DNA of 64,000 nucleotides from assembly GCA_030390025.1 (NCBI GenBank), contig CM059431.1:126420001-126484000 (forward strand), given 5' to 3'. The notes below the pieces were generated by a model, which did no database searches, had not been told where the DNA came from, and saw only the letters and a program-made list of their open reading frames with translations. Both the position numbers and the translations under genes were made by a program. This stretch comes from Squalus acanthias. Its lineage: Eukaryota. Shown here one piece after another: positions 61,913 through 64,000 of the stretch (position 1 is the stretch's first letter; each line of letters starts with the position of its first letter).

Positions 61913-62648
61913 GGGCTGGATTTTACCAGCCCTGAGGAGGTGGGTTTGGAGGCGGGACAGCGGGAAAAGTCAATAAAAATGGGAGCAGGTCCCGAACCCA
62001 CTCCCAACCTGCCTCCAACTAATCTTCCCGGGAGTCTGGTCCCCAATTTGCGCAGGGACCTGACTCCTAGTGGCAGGAAGAGGATAATAGCCACTTAACT
62101 GCCTGTTAACAGGTAGTTAACAGGCAGTTAAGAGGCTTTTTCCAATTTTTAAACTTCTGCTGCGGGCTACCCGACGTCGGGGAACCCCGCCAGGGTAAGT
62201 GAGGTGTGCTGTGGGTCTGTTGTACTGTTGGTGTACAGATGACTCCTGCAGAAGTGGTGTGAAGGATGTAGTGGGACACTGGTGAGTATCAGAGGTAAGG
62301 AAATGTTGGGAAAGTCATTTTTAATGTGTTTAGATTTTTCTGTAGTTGACAAGCTTTGAAGTGTTTGTGTGACCTCAACTCAATGGGAGAAGTGACAGAT
62401 TGCTTCTGTACCCTCACCTGCAGCTGCCATCTGTTTCATCCTAAGGAGAGAGTCATTGGACAGCCTGAGTGCAAGGGCTCACCTTTGTACAGTGATTGTC
62501 AGTGTTTGACAGCACCTCAATGCTGTCAAACACTGTCAAATCATCTGTCAAAAATTTATGGAATTCTTGTATCTGATTCACACTATAGAAGTGTATCTGA
62601 TGCTGTGATTGCTGCCAAGGCACTTCCACAATATAAAAAAGTCTGTGC
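61913..62648. mobile_element. Harbinger-like MITE family 2, copy c (right end degenerate)
   Basis: GGGCTGGATTTT start, AACTGCCTGTTAACAGG palindrome, TTTGACAGC...GCTGTCAAA hairpin. Confidence 0.8.
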
Positions 62649-62667
62649 ACATATTTTTGGAGGCACA

Positions 62668-64000
62668 GGGCTCGATTTTGCCAGGCTCGAGGAGGTGGTT
62701 TGGGAGGTGTGTGAGGTGTTAAAATCGTAAAAAATGGCGTGTGGGCCCTATCCCACCTCCGAGCAATTTTCCCAGAATCAGGGTTTCAGACCCCGCTTCC
62801 ATCCCGCCTCCAAGAGGTGGGATAGGCCCTTAAGGCCCTTAAGGCCCTTAACAACCACACAATTGCTTCTATAATCCAATTTTGAGAGGCCTTTCTGATT
62901 TTTAGACATTTCCCGCATCCTACACGTCTCCTCTGGAACACGCCAGGTAATCCTGGCGGCCTAACAAGTGGAGTGCTTAGTAACAGCTGCAGCTCCACCA
63001 TTAAAAAGGAGTTTCCAGCAATCATCATTTGCAGGTGGCAGAACTTTGTTGTCTCAGGTCTGGGGGAACTTTTAGCAGGCCTTCTCATTGTTGTGGAAGT
63101 TTGGAGCCTGAGACCCATCTCCAGTGTGACCTCCTGGGAAACCCCTCTCCCCACCTTGACTGAACGCTTCCTCAATTCAGGTATATAACAGAAGCATGGG
63201 AACCATTTATTTCCTTTCCTCCTGGTCATCAGATTCAGACGAAGACCAGCCGCGGCAGCAGCAGAACCCTGAACAAAAGCAGCAGCAACAGCAGCAGCAA
63301 CAACAGGAGCGCCAAGCTGCTGCTCACTCACCTGAAACTGCATAGGCCAGAAGGCGCCAGAGCGCGACCACATTGCTGCCCGGGATGCAAGGGATGCACT
63401 CATGTTGGCCAGATTTGCTTAGCCTGCACAATCAAACACTTTTGTCTCACACCTTCTTACCAGAGCATCGACAATGGACAAGAACCTGTGATTCCTATCA
63501 CTCTGACCACCATGCTGACAATTGCAAGTCGCCCTAAGCCATCAATGTGGAAGTCCCATTTGCAAAATGACACAGGCCACAACTTCAACAGTTTGCCATC
63601 AAATCTGTTTATGATACCATGACAAGGATGGCTGGTCCAAATACACTATATCACAGTACCCAAGTGACTACCCTTGTGGCTACTTGTGCATTATCTTCCT
63701 CTTACGCGTGCTCCTACGTGGTGCTTCCCCTGTGGCTTCAGCAGATGTGGAGGCCCCTTGCTTACTTTCTTGCTGCTCCTGTCTCAATGCCTTTGGCGGG
63801 CATCCTCTGGGGTTGCGAACCTGTGAGGACTCGGCAACAATCTGCTGCTCCTGCAGCTGTGCAGGGGCTGAGAGCCCATCTCAGTTGGGTGAGGACTCTG
63901 GTGGGGCTCTGATCGAGGGCTTTCCAGTGGCATGGCCATGTGAGCACTTGGAGAAGAGCCCCCACTTCCTTGTAGTCTGCCACCAACATCCCTCTCATGG
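62668..64000. mobile_element. Internally deleted Harbinger element E (runs off the window)
   Basis: GGGCTCGATTTT terminus like family 2. A GCA-repeat tract is followed by ARDARDALMLARFA*, resembling a transposase C-terminus, then convergent low-complexity coding-like sequence. Confidence 0.5.

Noticed and set aside
62786..63403. 205-aa minus-strand ORF with poly-Ala
   Set aside because: Antisense reading of a GCA repeat within a degraded Harbinger element.
1..64000. Prokaryotic systems (CRISPR array, operon, defence island)
   Set aside because: No regularly spaced repeat-spacer array and no dense gene packing. The content is vertebrate-type transposable elements with spliceosomal introns.

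Overview
Eukaryotic, repeat-saturated intronic or intergenic DNA. The mix of CR1, L2 and RTE LINEs, Penelope elements, V-SINE/HE1-like and DeuSINE-like SINEs points to a vertebrate, most likely a cartilaginous fish (inference). No host gene is identifiable apart from one weak 63-nt exon candidate. Contents: (i) three two-gene PIF/Harbinger transposons (HARBI1-type DDE transposase plus a convergent two-intron Myb/SANT-like gene) and two further remnants; (ii) several families of non-autonomous Harbinger-like MITEs with 3-bp TSDs, two of which carry co-varying hairpins and same-strand clusters of consensus 5' splice sites; (iii) Penelope elements whose pseudo-LTRs contain minimal type I hammerhead ribozymes, including a 249-bp ORF-less insertion with 100-bp inverted arms and a 13-bp TSD; (iv) a young CR1 with an uninterrupted 800-aa ORF2 segment; (v) an apparently ORF1-less LINE with a tRNA-like 5' head; (vi) one clear and one possible solo LTR; (vii) deep nesting, with one old CR1 apparently split over about 14 kb by five insertions. 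All family names come from visual motif recognition, not database searches.
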